A DNA stretch of 60,698 nucleotides from Octopus bimaculoides (Eukaryota): the NCBI RefSeq assembly GCF_001194135.2, contig NC_068981.1, positions 53,383,433 through 53,444,130 on the forward strand, given 5' to 3'. Both the position numbers and the translations under genes were made by a program. Under the pieces are notes generated by a model, which had not been told where the DNA came from, did not search any database, and saw only the letters and a list, made by a program, of their open reading frames with translations. Shown piece after piece: positions 11,501-22,957 of the stretch (positions within the stretch are counted from its first letter, which is position 1; every line of letters starts with the position of its first letter).

Positions 11501-14500
11501 TTCTTGAGAAATAACAAAGTTTAAATGCATTTTTCATTTGTTTTTACTTTTTCTTCTTCAGATTATAAATTTGAAGCGCTTCCAGTGTTTAAATGGGCGC
11601 TGGGTTAAATCTCATAAAATTGTCAAGTTTCCTTTCAAAGACTTTGATCCTAGTTCTTATATAGCACCTCGTGCCAGACAATACAAGAAAATAAACACTG
11701 ATCATATAGAACTGACCAATATTAGTGAAGAAGACCAATGCAATCGTAATGTAATTAAAAATGGTGTCACCAACCATGAAAGTAGTAATTTTGCTAATGA
11801 ATCTAGTTCCCTTCCAACCATTCCTACCATTCAAAAAGAACCTGTTTCTAATCATGTAGAAAATTGCTTACAGCCTTGCTCCAATTCAGGTAAATAGTAT
11901 TTGGTTTTCAGATTGTAATGCAGTTTATTTCTTATAAGAAAATTATTTCAGTTGTAATTTAGATTATTTTTTTATATTTCACATATCTTTATATCATATA
12001 AAAAAAGAATTTTTATCATTCAAAACATGTTAAACTAAAATTCTTCTTGTTTGTTCTTCCTTTTTTGTAGTTTAGTTTTTATATTCTTAACTTACTCAGT
12101 ATATTTACTTTTCATCACATATTTATGTAGAGTTCTTTATATGAATGTTGTTTGTTACATTGAATAAGTACAGTTTAGTTAATGTGTTTAGTTTTGTTTA
12201 CATTGTTAGTATTTGTCTTTCTCAATAATGTTTTATATAGGAGTATAAAACTTTTATTTAGAAAGATGTAGTTAAAGGAACAATGAGTAGCTATAGAGGT
12301 GTGTAAATAGTTAGAACTATTAAGAGAAGGGGTTGGTTAAAATAAGATAAATATTGTGATATTCTGTAGGAAACACTATTGTATATTCTACTCACATTGA
12401 TAATTCTTCAATATTGTTTGAATTCATTATCATGGATGTTCAGGATTTGGTTGTGGTACAGATTTATTCTGTTAGGAATGACTTGTATCTTACTTGAATA
12501 TAATCAAACAATGAGTTCTCTCCACACCTAGAACATTTCACATTGTCACTTCACACACCATCATTTGGAAGTAGACAAAACATTGACTGGTTGATTCCGT
12601 TTGTACAAACTTTTTCTATAATAGATTCTTGCATCCAGCTGATTCCCAAGCTGCAGTACATTTTGATTTGCTGTCATCACAGTTTTTGCCATCCACTCTT
12701 CCTTTCAAGATGTGAAAGCCTACCTGCTTTTGTTATTCTGGTGGGACAGTTATTTGTTACACAACCATTCATGGCTGTGTGGTTAAGTAGTCCACTTTGA
12801 AACTGCATAATTCCATATTTGATCCTACTGAATAGCACTCTGTGAGTGTTGAAGCCCATCAAATATATGTGTATATTTCTACATTGGCAAATGTTGTAAG
12901 CATCAGCAAAAAAATTTGTGTTCTTCGAAGACTGCTAAGCTGCTGATACTCCTTTGTCACTCTGACGTAAAAAAATGCACTGAATGAATAAAAGACCTAC
13001 TGCAAATCTGTAACCAAGTACATACACTATTGTTCATAAATGTTGATATAAAAGCTTGAAAAAAAAAATGCTCATTTATATAAATGAAATTAATGGAACT
13101 ATATAAAACTGTGTTTTATATAGTTCCAATAATACCCTGTATTTATAAATTGCTCACTTACATTTCAGTAACATCTCTTTTGTATTTTTGCCTGTGTGTG
13201 TGTGAGTGCAATATTTTGTTTATTGAATTATTTGTTGATATTGTAGATTCTGTTGAAAATAGCAGTAGCTGCAAACGACAGCGGGTAATGCACAGCAACA
13301 GCAAAGAATCATCAATGCAAGAACTGCACCAACCATTGACTAATGGTGATTCATTTTCAAAGTACATTGATGTTAAAGAAATAGAAAACCAATCAAAAGA
13401 AAAAAACTGCTCAGCTCTAAGTCCAGACTCTGACTGTGATGACAACAATGTTCGCTATGATCTTTATGCTGTCTCAGTGAGTAAACCTATTTGAAAAGTG
13501 AAATGTGCATGCATTGAAATTCTATAAAGTTTTTGTTGAGTGTTCTTTTACTTAAGATTAGTTGGAAATTTCCCTGGGTGATTTCAAGAAGTGATCATCA
13601 AAATATTTGAAACCACTCTTTCAATGACCAATTGCCATGAAGCAAACATTAAACTCTTTATGAACTGAGAACTAAGTTTAGTTTTATTTTTTGGTTGTAG
13701 TCAATTCATTAGAGTCAGTTGAATGTTACAACTTCTCATTTGTCCTCTACTTAAATATAGATCCTTTGTTTCAAGTCAAAAGGACAATAGTGAAACTAAG
13801 ATTAGATACTTTTGGCTGAAGATTCATTTATATACATTAGAATAGTATAAATGCTGGGATTACATACTTTTTACAGTATTGATTATGGTAGATTGAAAAA
13901 TTTACTGACATCCAATTCTGAACTGATTATTGGTTTAAGGATTAAGTTGAAATGATAGAGAGGAGAACAGAGATTTGGTTAATCATTTTCAAATTGAAAT
14001 TGCCCTTGTAATACTATTCTTTAAATCAAAGAAAATCAGAAAGCTGGCAAAAATTGTATTCAGTATAAACCATAAAAAGTAGTAAAACACAAAGTAAAGT
14101 AATTAGTAGTAACAGTAACTCTAACAACAATCACATACTTCATGTCACAATTTCAACCTCAAGTAACATACCCACACTGTAACAGCAAGCAAATTCACTT
14201 ATCAAACACCTACATAAAATCAGCCACCAAAAACTACACAAAGGCAAAAACACAAAATGCAAGTTTCATATCGCTCACCTAAATTGCAACTCTAATCTCT
14301 ACAAAAAGATACAGTCATCATCATCATAATCGTTTAACATCTGTTTTTCATGCTGGCATGGGTTGGACGGTTTGACTGAGGTCTGGAGAGCCAGTGGCTG
14401 CACCAGGCTCCAATCTGATCTGGCAATGTTTCCACAGCTGGATGCCCTTCCTAACGCCAACCACTCCAATAGTGTAGCGGGTACTTTTTACGTGCCACCG

Positions 14501-17500
14501 GCACAGGAGCCAGTCAGGCGGGCTTGGCATCAATCATGTTCAGATAGTGCTTTTTATGTGCCGCTGGCACTGGGGCCAGTCAGGGGGTACTGGCATTGGC
14601 CATGTTTTGTTGGTGCTTTTTACATGCCACCAGCATGAGAGCCAGGGCTGACAAAATAGCAAATATACATTTGAAACACCTCAAGCTTGAAGAACGTTTT
14701 TTTTTTGTCAAACTTCAAGAATCTGGCAACAGAGAAAAAATATCACAGTTTTAAAAATGGCATCATATTCACATTTCCACAGCTATGCAACTACTCCAAT
14801 TCTACATCAATTACTGAGAGACCTAGCTTAAAACAACAGATTTAAAATAGAACATTAGATGTAATCTACCATTACACTAAGAAACACAAATATATGACAC
14901 ACAAAAAACAGAATTATTGAGAAATACATATAACACATCAACTTCATAACACATTTAGAAAACCAAACAAACAAGGCAAAACAGCATACATATTCCAGGT
15001 CCTACATTTGGTCAACAGAAACAAGTCATATACAAACAATACATTAGATTCATCATTGATTATGTCAATCCTTCTACCTACATACCCAGTTCTCTCCATA
15101 ATAGAGCTCATTTTACATCATCACAGGCTGCATGTAGTCCACTAAAAAAAATTTAAGACACTTGGTGTCTCATTGATTATATGGTATATGAGATTTGAGG
15201 ATGTATCTATTAGAAGAATAAAGTACATATTTGAAATATAGGTAGTGTAAACAAAAGATATATTGTAAAACATTTGTAAAAAGTCTGACAGTCTGTTAAC
15301 TGTATGAAGTGAGCCTGGCTAGTTGCCTGATATTATGTAGATTTATTGGTAATATTTTAGTAATTGTCATGTCTACTTCATAATATGGCTAAAGTTATTG
15401 GCTGGAGCTAATATGCTTACATAATGTGAAAGGAGAATAATTATTAGGCTAGAAACTGAGAGGAAAGGGTAACACTCATTAAAAAGAATGGCATATAATA
15501 GGAATGAATAGCAACATTCCTCTTTTTTGTCTTGTGTAATCCATAGCAATAGTAAAACAGACATCATGATGATGAACATCAGAATTAAAAATCGCACATC
15601 ATCATCATTATTTAACATCCTTTTTTCCATGCTGGCATGGATTGGATGATTTCACATTAAGAGACAAGTCAGCGGGCAGCACCAAGTTCTAATGTCTGCT
15701 CTGGCATAGTTTCTACAGCTGGGTACTCTTATTAATGCTAACCACTTCAGAATGTGGAACCAGCATGGTAAGATCACCAAGTAACTCACAAGACAAAACC
15801 CATTCAATTGTGTGAGGTATAAAACTGAGGGATAAGAAAGTGTGATAGAAGGACAGGTGTGAATACATGGCTTGCTCATCTGAAAAGAGAGATATGAAAT
15901 CAAGGTAAAAGGTGAAAACCAATCATCATCATCATTTAACATCCGTTGTCCATGCTGGCATGGGTTGGATGGTTTGACTGGGCTGGCATGCTGGAAGGCT
16001 CTGTCAGGATCCAGTCTGATTTGGCATGATTTTCTATGGCTGGATGCCCTTCCTAACGCCAACCACTCTGAGAGTGTTATGGGTGCTTTTCATGTGCCAC
16101 TGGCATGGGTGTCATTTGTGTGACACCGGTATCTGCCATGATTGCGATTTTGCTCAGCTTGATGGGTCTCCTTCTGAAGCACAACATAATGCCAAAGGTC
16201 TTGGTCATTGCTTCCATGAGGCCCAACACTCGAAAAGAACTTGGCCACTTGAAAGGAACTCAGTCACCTCGCTTCCATGAGGCCCATTCGAAAGGAACTC
16301 AGCCACTTTGCCTCCATGCAGCCCAGGAACTTGGTCACATTGTCCCCATGAGACCTGACATTCAAAGGTTGATTTGCTTTTTACATGCCATCAGCACAGG
16401 TGCACTTGGCTTGATGGATCTGCTTAAGCAGAGCACATTGCCAAAGGTCTCAGTCACTTAGTCATTGCCTCTGTGAGGTTCAAAGTTCAAAGGTCTTGCT
16501 TCACCACCTCATCCCACATATTCCTGGATCTACCTCTACCACAGGTTCCCTCCACTGTTAGAGATTGGCACTTCTTTACGCAACTGTCCTTGTCCATACG
16601 CATCACATGACCATACCAGCGCAGTCGTCTCTCTTGCACACCACATCTGATGCCTCTTATGTCTAATTTTTTTCTCAAGATGCTTACACTCTGTTGAACA
16701 TGCACACTGATATTGCACATCCAGTGAAGCATACTGGCTTCATTTCTCTCAAGCCTATGCATGTCCTTAGCTGTCACAGCCCATGTTTCACTGCCATGCA
16801 GCACAGCTGTTCCCACACAGGCATCAAACAATCTGCGTTTCACTCTGAGAGAGAGGCCCTTTGTTGCCAGCAGGGTAGGAGCTCTCTGAATTCTGCGCAG
16901 CCTAATCTTGTTCTCACAGCTATGCTCTAAGAACAACCACCTCCACTACTAACGTGGTCACCTAGATACCGGAAGCTCTCTACTACCTCTAGCTTGCCAC
17001 CTTGGCAGTTGATGGAGTCTATTTTCTGCTATTTTCTGCACACGTTCATATATTTGTAAAGTATTAAAATAATCAAGACATCTCTGAAAAATATTTGTTT
17101 TGAAGGTAAAGATTTAACAATATAATTAGTAAACCAAAAAAGAAAAACACTTGTTATAAGAAATACAATGTTTTTAAATGTAGACTTATTTTCAATGGAT
17201 TTTTTTTTATTGTATTCCATTTTTTAAATTTTAGTGTCATACTGGCATTCTTGGTGGTGGACACTATGTAGCATTTGCCAAAAATCCTAATAATCGATGG
17301 TACTGTTACAATGACAGTAGCTGCAAGGTAAGTTGTTTCTTTCCAATCAATTGTCTCAAGTTGTAGTTATTCCATCTTTTATTCTTACTTTTGAATTATA
17401 TAGTATTTCTTTTACATTTGGGCAGTTGATCAAATGGTGATTTTTGTTTCATAATCTATCATTGAACTTTAGATGCTCCACACATTTTTAAATATGGTCT

Positions 17501-18019
17501 TCTCAATCATAACTAAAGGTTTGATACCCTGCATACATTGGCACAGAGGAAACAAAATTTTTGTTACATTTATACCAGCACTTGTTCTTAATTCATTTGA
17601 GCATGCTGAATTCAAATCTGAAGTTAGTTTTTCTCTGTAAGCACTAGATTTTATGCAATTCAACTTACTTTTACTTCTTGAAATTTGGACACCTCTCACA
17701 TGACAACATGGCACATCTGAAAACTTTATGGCCATACAATCTTAAAATTAGACTCAAAATAACTGTCTGATACACCCCACCACACACACATATATAGGTG
17801 CATAGCTTAGTGGTTAGACTGTTGCATTCACGATTGGGAGATCATGGTTTTGATTCCCAGATTGAACGTTGCATTGTGTTCTTGAGCAAAATACTTCACT
17901 TCACTCACTTTCTACCATTTCATTCAGGCCTATCACTTTGCCCTTATACCTATCCATTGTGCTATTCCACCACCACTACTACCACCATAATACTGCTGCT
18001 TGATTGTGTGCATATGTAT

Positions 18020-18094
<75 letters not shown>

Positions 18095-18302
18095 CATACA
18101 CTGACACAGATATATTTTGTCTCTTTTTCAGGAAGTGTTTTGGGAGCAAGTTGATGGAAATTCTGCCTACATTTTGTTTTATGAACGTCAAGGTGTCAAA
18201 TTTAGTAAATTTATGCCTGATGTATCAGAAAAGGAGCCTGATATACAAGAAATTGATGATGAATTTGAATCGGAATATCGCAAAATGTGTGTAATCCAGT
18301 GA
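3651..18302 (+). CDS. USP32: Ubiquitin carboxyl-terminal hydrolase 32-like, 3' partial gene; join(3651..3802,4899..5127,5225..5484,7328..7518,8723..8809,9486..9606,10881..11072,11562..11889,13247..13476,17235..17327,18132..18302)
   Basis: All 10 introns are GT-AG and the exon phases chain (0,1,0,2,2,0,0,1,0,0) into one open frame. Peptides match recalled human USP32: [27 protein letters not shown], SPLPPx[90 protein letters not shown], and the C-terminal CVIQ. Confidence 0.96.
4148..4480 (+). mobile_element. tRNA-derived SINE ending in an RTE-like 3' palindrome
   Basis: Degenerate A/B-box head, core ccaaagccttgtgagtggat...gaaactgaaagaag shared with the 37618 and 50644 copies, and ccatgctagcatgg at 4450-4463. 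Confidence 0.7.
4899..5127 (+). CDS. USP32: USP32 exon ([23 protein letters not shown]...GLST)
   Basis: Acceptor ttgtag|ACG, donor A|gtgagt; the frame is not listed in the supplied ORF track but is stop-free. Confidence 0.92.
5225..5484 (+). CDS. USP32: USP32 exon (Ser/Asn-rich insert ...[10 protein letters not shown])
   Basis: Acceptor tacag|GA after a 97-bp intron, donor ATG|gtaagt. Confidence 0.92.
6180..6990 (-). mobile_element. Possible highly decayed CR1-like LINE relic in USP32 intron
   Basis: Only weak minus-strand similarity to CR1 RT motifs, judged by eye. Confidence 0.3.
7328..7518 (+). CDS. USP32: USP32 exon ([19 protein letters not shown]...NHAQD)
   Basis: Acceptor tttttag|ATC, donor TG|gtttgt. 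Confidence 0.95.
8062..8328 (+). mobile_element. RTE 3' UTR/tail fragment with five 24-bp CAYGTAAAAG modules
   Basis: gtggttggcattaggaagggcatccagc motif, ccaacccatgccagtatgg, tail gttaaatgatgat. Confidence 0.85.
8341..8508 (-). mobile_element. Young RTE 3' tail fragment
   Basis: Nearly identical to 28405-28550 and to the reverse complement of 27350-27511; (CAT)7 tail. Confidence 0.92.
8723..8809 (+). CDS. USP32: USP32 exon ([28 protein letters not shown])
   Basis: Acceptor tttttag|T, donor AA|gtaagt. Confidence 0.95.
9486..9606 (+). CDS. USP32: USP32 exon (FCRGCVIDC...[17 protein letters not shown])
   Basis: Acceptor tatag|G, donor AAG|gtaaat. Confidence 0.95.
9776..9913. repeat. Near-perfect inverted repeat (57-bp arms, 24-nt loop); foldback/MITE-like
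   Basis: Arms 9776-9832 and 9857-9913 are reverse complements with 2 mismatches. Confidence 0.95.
10881..11072 (+). CDS. USP32: USP32 exon ([13 protein letters not shown]...CCSKC...WRLPPIL), USP finger subdomain
   Basis: Acceptor tattag|TTT, donor TTA|gtaagt; 64 codons. Confidence 0.95.
11562..11889 (+). CDS. USP32: USP32 exon ([24 protein letters not shown] + divergent insert)
   Basis: Acceptor ttcttcag|ATT, donor G|gtaaat. Confidence 0.94.
12765..12850 (+). mobile_element. Degenerate tRNA-SINE head
   Basis: catggctgtgtggttaagtag... resembles the heads at 37618 and 50644. Confidence 0.45.
13247..13476 (+). CDS. USP32: USP32 exon (divergent insert ...RYDLYAVS)
   Basis: Acceptor ttgtag|AT matches the phase-1 join (G+AT=Asp), donor TCA|gtgagt; YDLYAVS is the USP box before the His box. 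The 5' boundary is less certain than the 3'. Confidence 0.88.
14315..14645 (-). mobile_element. RTE 3' UTR/tail fragment
   Basis: (CAT)n tail, catgctggcatgg, ggatgcccttcctaacgccaaccact and three hairpin modules. Confidence 0.9.
15595..15770 (-). mobile_element. Old RTE 3' tail fragment
   Basis: catcatcatcattatttaacatcc...ccatgctggcatggattggatg. Confidence 0.7.
15921..16995 (-). mobile_element. RTE LINE 3' ~1.07 kb (RT C-terminus, UTR, tail)
   Basis: ORF 16487-16936: [33 protein letters not shown]...[21 protein letters not shown]...[17 protein letters not shown]. Confidence 0.93.
17235..17327 (+). CDS. USP32: USP32 exon with catalytic His box ([31 protein letters not shown])
   Basis: Acceptor ttttag|TGT, donor AAG|gtaagt; GGHY and NDS are canonical USP catalytic motifs. 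Confidence 0.97.
17797..17950 (+). mobile_element. tRNA-derived SINE 5' part (second family)
   Basis: A-box tagcttagtgg, B-box-like ggttttgattccc, then ttgtgttcttgagcaaaatacttcac; similar head at about 50236. Confidence 0.65.
18132..18302 (+). CDS. USP32: USP32 terminal coding exon ([20 protein letters not shown]...KMCVIQ*)
   Basis: Acceptor tttttcag|GAA, stop TGA at 18300-18302, CaaX terminus. Confidence 0.96.
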   Translation, partial: EVFWEQVDGNSAYILFYERQGVKFSKFMPDVSEKEPDIQEIDDEFESEYRKMCVIQ

Positions 18303-21300
18303 TGAAGATTGTTTATTTAACATGACATCTTTACTCTACACTTGACCCCTTCAATATTGCTTTACTCTACACTAGGCCATATCTGCTAACAGTCTATGCA
18401 GTATACCAAATGTTGAACCGGTGCTAGAGCTTTGGTGCCTAGCATCTAAAATAGCTTACCTTCTTCAAAAAGTAAACAAAGAACTGAACATTACTTACCC
18501 TACAATGTTTGTCTCTAATGTCCTGTGTAAGCCTTCTCATTGTTTCTAGTAATGGTCAGTAGTTCTGGACTTAATGGAAACAGAAGATATTCTACAATTT
18601 CATTTTATTTATTTAATTTGTTTTTTGTTAAAACATATATTAATTTCTTTTTCTTTTACTCATAGCATTAAGGAGAGTACAGAGGGCAGAGCGATTATTT
18701 ACCCTTTTGTTCTCTTGTTTCAGTTTGGTCATCTACTAATCCCTTCAGAAGGATTAGCTTCTTTCTTAAAAAAAAAAAGCTTAAATAAACCATTCTCTGT
18801 GCTCATTTTTATTAGCTCATGTTTAATGCAGGAGTATGTAAAGTTGCAATAGAAAGATACACCAAGTGCTATGTGTATTTACTCTCTTCTTTCACAAGAC
18901 TTTTTTTACATTGTAATTTATTTGATATAAAACTTTTGTTTCTATTTAAAATTTTTGTTTTATACAAACATCTATATCTTTAACTTACAAAATATATTTT
19001 CTCTTAATTTTCATTAAAAAAAATCTTGTACTATAAATATGAAAATTATTTGTAAAATATATATATATATATGTATGTATATATATACACACACACACAC
19101 ACACACAGTTGTTTGTTAGTTTTATTTGTTTTACCATTTTTAATTTTGGTGTATGCAATGGAATGTGTGAACATTTTTTTTTTAATCAATTGTGCTGCAT
19201 TTCTTTAAGAAAATCTCCAAAGACTCGTAATCAACAGTTTATTAAGTAGCTTAGTTTATTCCTATTTGCTAACAAAAGTAAGTGTCTTATTTATTTATTT
19301 TTTTTAATATAAACACTATGAATTTCTCATTATGAAGTTTCTACACTGCATGTAAATTAATGAAAGAAATGATTGCACAAGGAAAATGTTGATATTTATT
19401 CTCATATTATTGTAAACTAAATTGTCATTTGCTTTCAATGGTGCAATTATGTGTTTTGGCCATATTTGTTTCAAAAGAACAACCATTATTGTTGATACCT
19501 TTTGTCTTCAAGCAAAACCAAAATAATATTTAAAAAAAATATGATTTTATTTAATTTTCAACTGCAATGTTAGCTCAGTAAGTTGAATTTTGAGATTTTA
19601 AAATTAGATTGATTGCATGTTTTGTTAGAAATTCCTTACTACACAACTACACTCAATTTTGACATTGATACAGTTACTGTTCTTTATGAACACTTATATG
19701 CATAGTTATATGCATAAAAATTAACATATTCTGTATAAATTCTGGGACTTGCCTAACCAAATATTTGCAAAATTCTGTAGTATTTTAAAATAGGTTCTGG
19801 CAATGAAAGAATTAACTGTCCTGAATATCACAATCTTGATATCTAAGATAAATAGCCTTTAAAAAACATTTACATATAAAGATTGCAAGTTTTACTTTTA
19901 AATTTAAACCTTTTGATTTTTGTGAAAGTTGTTCTTTGTGTGTGGTTTAAAAAATATATATATTTTTTTTTTATATTTTTTTTACAAAATCTTTATTGGT
20001 TGATTTATTTTTACATTTGATCATAGTTTTAAAATTGTCATCTTTCTATGTAACTCTCCGTTGTCCACCTCAACATCTATAGGTCACAGTATCCTCTCTC
20101 TTGTTGTAGAACAAATTTCTCTAGTAATTAAGGAATCAACACCCAGCATTTATTTATTTTTATTCCTTCTTTCTGTCTATCCTGATGACATTTTGTTTTC
20201 TTTGACATTTATTAGTAAATAGATTTTCCATCTGTCAGTTGCCAAGCTGTTTGATTTCACCATTTGTTAGCCTACTTCTTGGATTCTCTTTCACATTTCA
20301 TCATTTACTGCTGTTTGTTTCTTTCATATCCTTCATGCTAACCAAAGTGAAATAGTTGTTAACAGTTGCATTTAGTGTAGAAATATCTGTGAAAATATAT
20401 TAAAATATCTTCTACCAACTTACTTCTACAAATTAGTATTTTGTTTTGTAGGAAACAAAAACCAACTACTTGATTCTCTTTGGGATCTAATACATTACTT
20501 TCCTCTCTTTACTTGAGATGTAAATTTGGTGTAGTGTTGCTAGATGTTCAGTAAAAGCAAATATTGTATGAGTTGGAAACTTTTCCTCATTAATATAATT
20601 TTCCAGTTTCAATGGATCATCCCATTGAAAGACATTTATATATCTAAATTTCTTTACTCCCTGACAAAATTGTAGTCTTCTCCGGAAAAATTATTTAATT
20701 ATTAAGTAATTTAAAAAATTTTTATTTGAAGTCAACAACACAAAAAAAAAAAAAAAAATCTGTCAAATCAAGAAAACATTTTTACTGAAAATTTTTGTTA
20801 ATTGATAGAATAAACGTTACTGATGCTTTAATTTTGTATCATGTTTTATTACATGATCATCTTAAAGATTAGCAGATTGTGCCTAAAATTTGAAATTAAC
20901 AAAGAAAGTTTTTAAAAGATCAGATTCAAATGAAAGTTCTTGGCTCTTTTTTTTTTTTTTTTAATATAACTTTCCAAAGGTTATCTAAATGAAATATATT
21001 TTTCCTTTGGAATATTTGTGCTGATTACTAATAGCATATGTAATGCTAATATTTCATTTGGGTTGATTAAAATGTGTTGATATTCTTCTGCAATTACTAG
21101 ATCACTTCATAATTTTAAATGAGCAACTTGTATTAGTATATTTCAGCTGTTTACCTTGCCAATTTAAGTTCATTCTTTCACTTTCACCCGCATAAAAATT
21201 GTTCTATGTTCTCAAAATAATTACTTAATCATTGTCTAGATTCAAAAGTGATTTTTTTTTTGTCAGGTATGTTTAGTTCTAATTCCATCAACCACCAATT

Positions 21301-22900
21301 TTTAAAATTCTCATTAACACATATTGTTCTCTATAGAAGTCTGTGACTTGGTTATTTAAAAATACACTAAGCATTGAAAAACCTAAAGCAAGCAAGTGCA
21401 TCTGTTGTGACTATATTTAATTTGGCACTTATCATAGCTAATCTTTGCTACTCTCTTAGTTGGGAAATCTGTCAAAGTTTTTACAATTCCCACTTGAGTA
21501 TCTAGCTAATTCTTGCCAAAGATTTTACTTTATCCTATATCAATTAAGCTTGTACTTTAACAGTTCTTCTAGAACTTTGTATTTATGCATAAAACTTAAA
21601 ACTTTATCTGAAAATAGTGAAAAACATCACAGAAATATTGCTGTCTATTAATTTGATAGATAAAAAAAATTAAAAACCTGGCTATTGACATTTTAAATAA
21701 TTTTTTTATTCTTTGTATCTTTTTATTTATTATTTTTGCTAATCTGGTAGCATTCTGTCCCTCTTCATTTTATTCTTTAATTATTTCAATATTTGTCATA
21801 AACCTCTTTAACTTATTGTTTAAAATTTGCAGTTGCTTCACTTTTAATTGCCATATTTTATTGTTGAGTATTTCTGTTTTAGATAAATAGGGAATTATTT
21901 TTTTCATTTCTTCATATGGAATTAAAAAACAAGCATTTAAAAAGATTATTACTTTTCAACTGTGCAGACTATAGATAAGAGATTGGACTGCAGTTTCATT
22001 TTATACAAAAGATATATATATATATTTGTACCCATTTTTCACATACATTCCAGTCTACTAGGAGACAAACTAAAATGTCAAGAAATGTTAGCTTTCAGGA
22101 TTGCGTATTTCAGTGATTTTCTGATTTGACAATGACTATTCTATGTGTATGCATGTGTGAGTGCTTGTCTGCACATATGTGAGCATGGAAATAGTTGCCT
22201 TCCTCATAAGGTTCATAGTATGGTATGAAAAGAACAGATTTTTGTTTCATTCTGTGATGCCTTCCCTATATTAACTTAGACTAGTTATATTAGTCTTTGA
22301 AATTATGGACTTTGTGGTAAACAGAGTAGTTGGCACAATTTTCATTGAATCAAATATTTGTTCAGTAAAATTTCTTTTAAAATTTTCTTTGTATTATTAT
22401 TTCATTTTTTCAAAAATCGTTTAATGTTTTGTTTTGGGCTGTTTCCCAAATGGATGCAATCATTAGTTTGCTTGTCAAGTTATTACAAAATCTTCATAAG
22501 CTTCAATAGGACTTCCTAAATAATTATTATAAAGTTTTTACAATATTTCTTCTTTGTCCCTCCTCATCCTTTTATTTTTCAGTTTTTTTTTCTATTTCAA
22601 TATATTTTTCACATATGAAGACATTCCACTTAAGTAGTTTTGCCATTTATTTTAGGCTAAGCAAGTTATTCGTATTGGTTGAGTCCCCCACATGGAAATC
22701 TAATATGAATTTAAGACAGTTGATGTTTATCTGCATAAATTTGGCACTAGTTTAAAACTCCCTCTGTGATTAACTTTGTTATCAAGCAGACATTTCATTG
22801 AAGTAGATTATATAATATATATATGTGTGTATATAGATGTGTTTGCATGTGTACATACATGTGTGTGTAATATATGCATAGATATGTGTGCTTATATATT
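18303..22900 (+). other. Putative USP32 3' UTR / 3' flank (end undefined)
   Basis: Very AT-rich and almost free of recognisable TEs; AATAAA at 18784-18789 and 20809-20814 (another at 23307-23312). The true end cannot be determined from sequence. Confidence 0.4.
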
Positions 22901-22916
22901 TTATATATATTACACA

Positions 22917-22957
22917 TCCACTCATGCCAGCATGGAAAATGGATGTTAAATGATGAA
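22917..22957 (+). mobile_element. Very short RTE/SINE 3' tail
   Basis: catgccagcatggaaaatggatgttaaatgatga. Confidence 0.7.

Noticed and set aside
16487-16936. 149-aa ORF as a host gene antisense to USP32 (also 3096-3356)
   Set aside because: It is RTE reverse transcriptase sequence from 5'-truncated copies.
17979-18294. YIYIYI/THTHTH/ERERER ORFs (also 30358-30766 in part, 37297-38030, 45253-45530, 46932-47312)
   Set aside because: Translations of (TA)n, (CA)n and (CT)n microsatellites. At 18004-18294 the real coding frame is the USP32 last exon.
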